Shown: positions 62,967 to 64,000 of the stretch, piece after piece
Numbering within the stretch: position 1 is the stretch's first letter
Layout of the letters: the number at the start of each line of letters is the position of its first letter
Source: Octopus sinensis
Taxonomy: Eukaryota
Reading direction: 5' to 3'
DNA length: 64,000 nt
Assembly: GCF_006345805.1 (NCBI RefSeq)
Contig: NC_043005.1
Location: forward strand, 28,458,001-28,522,000
Translations under genes and position numbers: made by a program
Notes under the pieces: model-generated
The model's input: the letters and a program-made list of their open reading frames with translations, nothing else
Database searches by the model: none
Told to the model about the DNA's origin: nothing

Positions 62967-63650
62967 GTACATGTGTTTGTATATATATATATATATATAT
63001 TTATGTTTGTGTATATATATATATATTTATGTTTGTGTATATATATATATGTATGTTTGTGTATATATATATATGTACATGTGTTTGTATATATATATAT
63101 ATGTGTATGTATGTATGTACATGTGTTTGTATATATATATGTATGTATGTATGTACATGTGTTTGTATATATATATGTATGTATGTATGTACATGTGTTT
63201 GTATATATATATATATGTATGTATGTATGTACATGTGTTTGTATATATATATATATGTATGTATGTACATGTGTTTGTATATATATATATATATGTATGT
63301 ATGTACATGTGTTTGTATATATATATATATATGTATGTATGTACATGTGTTTGTATATATATATATATATGTATGTATGTACATGTGTTTGTATATATAT
63401 ATATATATGTATGTATGTACATGTGTTTGTATATATATATATATATATATGTGTATGTATGTACATGTGTTTGTATATATATATATATGTGTATGTATGT
63501 ACATGTGTTTGTATATATATATATATATATGTGTATGTATGTACATGTGTTTGTATATATATATATGTGTATGTACATGTGTTTGTATATATATATATGT
63601 GTATGTATATATGTTTGTATATATATATATATAATATATATATATATATA
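62910..63650. repeat. Minisatellite, ~32-38 bp unit gtacatgtgtttg(ta)n tgtatgtat
   Basis: Regular recurrence of gtacatgtgtttg. Confidence 0.9.
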
Positions 63651-63653
63651 TGT

Positions 63654-63766
63654 CATCATCATTATCGTTTAACGTCTGCTTTCCATGCTAGCATGGGTTG
63701 GACAGTTCAACTGGGGTCTGATCTGGCAGTGTTTCTACAGCTGGATGCCCTTCCTAACGCCAACCT
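63654..63766 (-). mobile_element. RTE 3'UTR fragment
   Basis: tttaacgtctgctttccatgctagcatgggttggacag..ctggatgcccttcctaacgccaacc. Confidence 0.8.
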
Positions 63767-63788
63767 TATATACATATATATATGTATT

Positions 63789-63829
<41 letters not shown>

Positions 63830-63831
<2 letters not shown>

Positions 63832-64000
63832 CATAAAGCTTGAAACTTTTCAGCATTGAACTGCATGCTATTCTTTTCAGCCCACTTGTATATTTTGTCC
63901 AGCTCACATTGCAGGTACATAGTGTCTTCAGGTTCTGTATTACCTGTGAAACTTTTGTATCATCTGCATAACTTGTGATCGTGGCTCTCTGCGTGGCTGA
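63830..64000 (-). mobile_element. CR1-clade RT fragment running off window end
   Basis: SYADDTKVS..LQCELDKIYKWAEKNSMQFNAEKFQAL, homologous to 43640-43800. Confidence 0.85.

Overview
AT-rich, microsatellite-dense eukaryotic genomic DNA. The repeat landscape suggests a coleoid cephalopod, most likely Octopus (inferred, not verified). One host coding exon is clearly recognisable: the first coding exon of a diacylglycerol kinase theta (dgk-1/DGKQ-like) gene, + strand, 36456-36708, which splits a C1 domain at a GT donor. It has a triplet-repeat-rich CpG-rich leader and an intron running past the window end (>27 kb). That intron holds a retroelement cluster: a frameshifted RTE LINE with a PHD-like insertion, a near-full-length CR1-clade LINE with a CCCH-finger ORF1 region, a head-to-head CR1/RTE pair and a Penelope-like (PLE) RT. 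The rest is a mosaic of tRNA-derived SINEs, LINE 3' tails, Tc1/mariner, hAT and Helitron non-autonomous elements, PLE GIY-YIG remnants and a 5S rRNA pseudogene. The most notable signal is a set of at least four short repeat families carrying type I hammerhead-ribozyme-like motifs. One family lacks the canonical core A6 in every copy seen and can be tied to the PLE in the window. SINEs also show modular shuffling, including tail-swapping between the two LINE clades present. Most ORF-track entries are microsatellite artefacts. There is a 100-N gap at 39340-39439. Repeat boundaries were estimated by eye.
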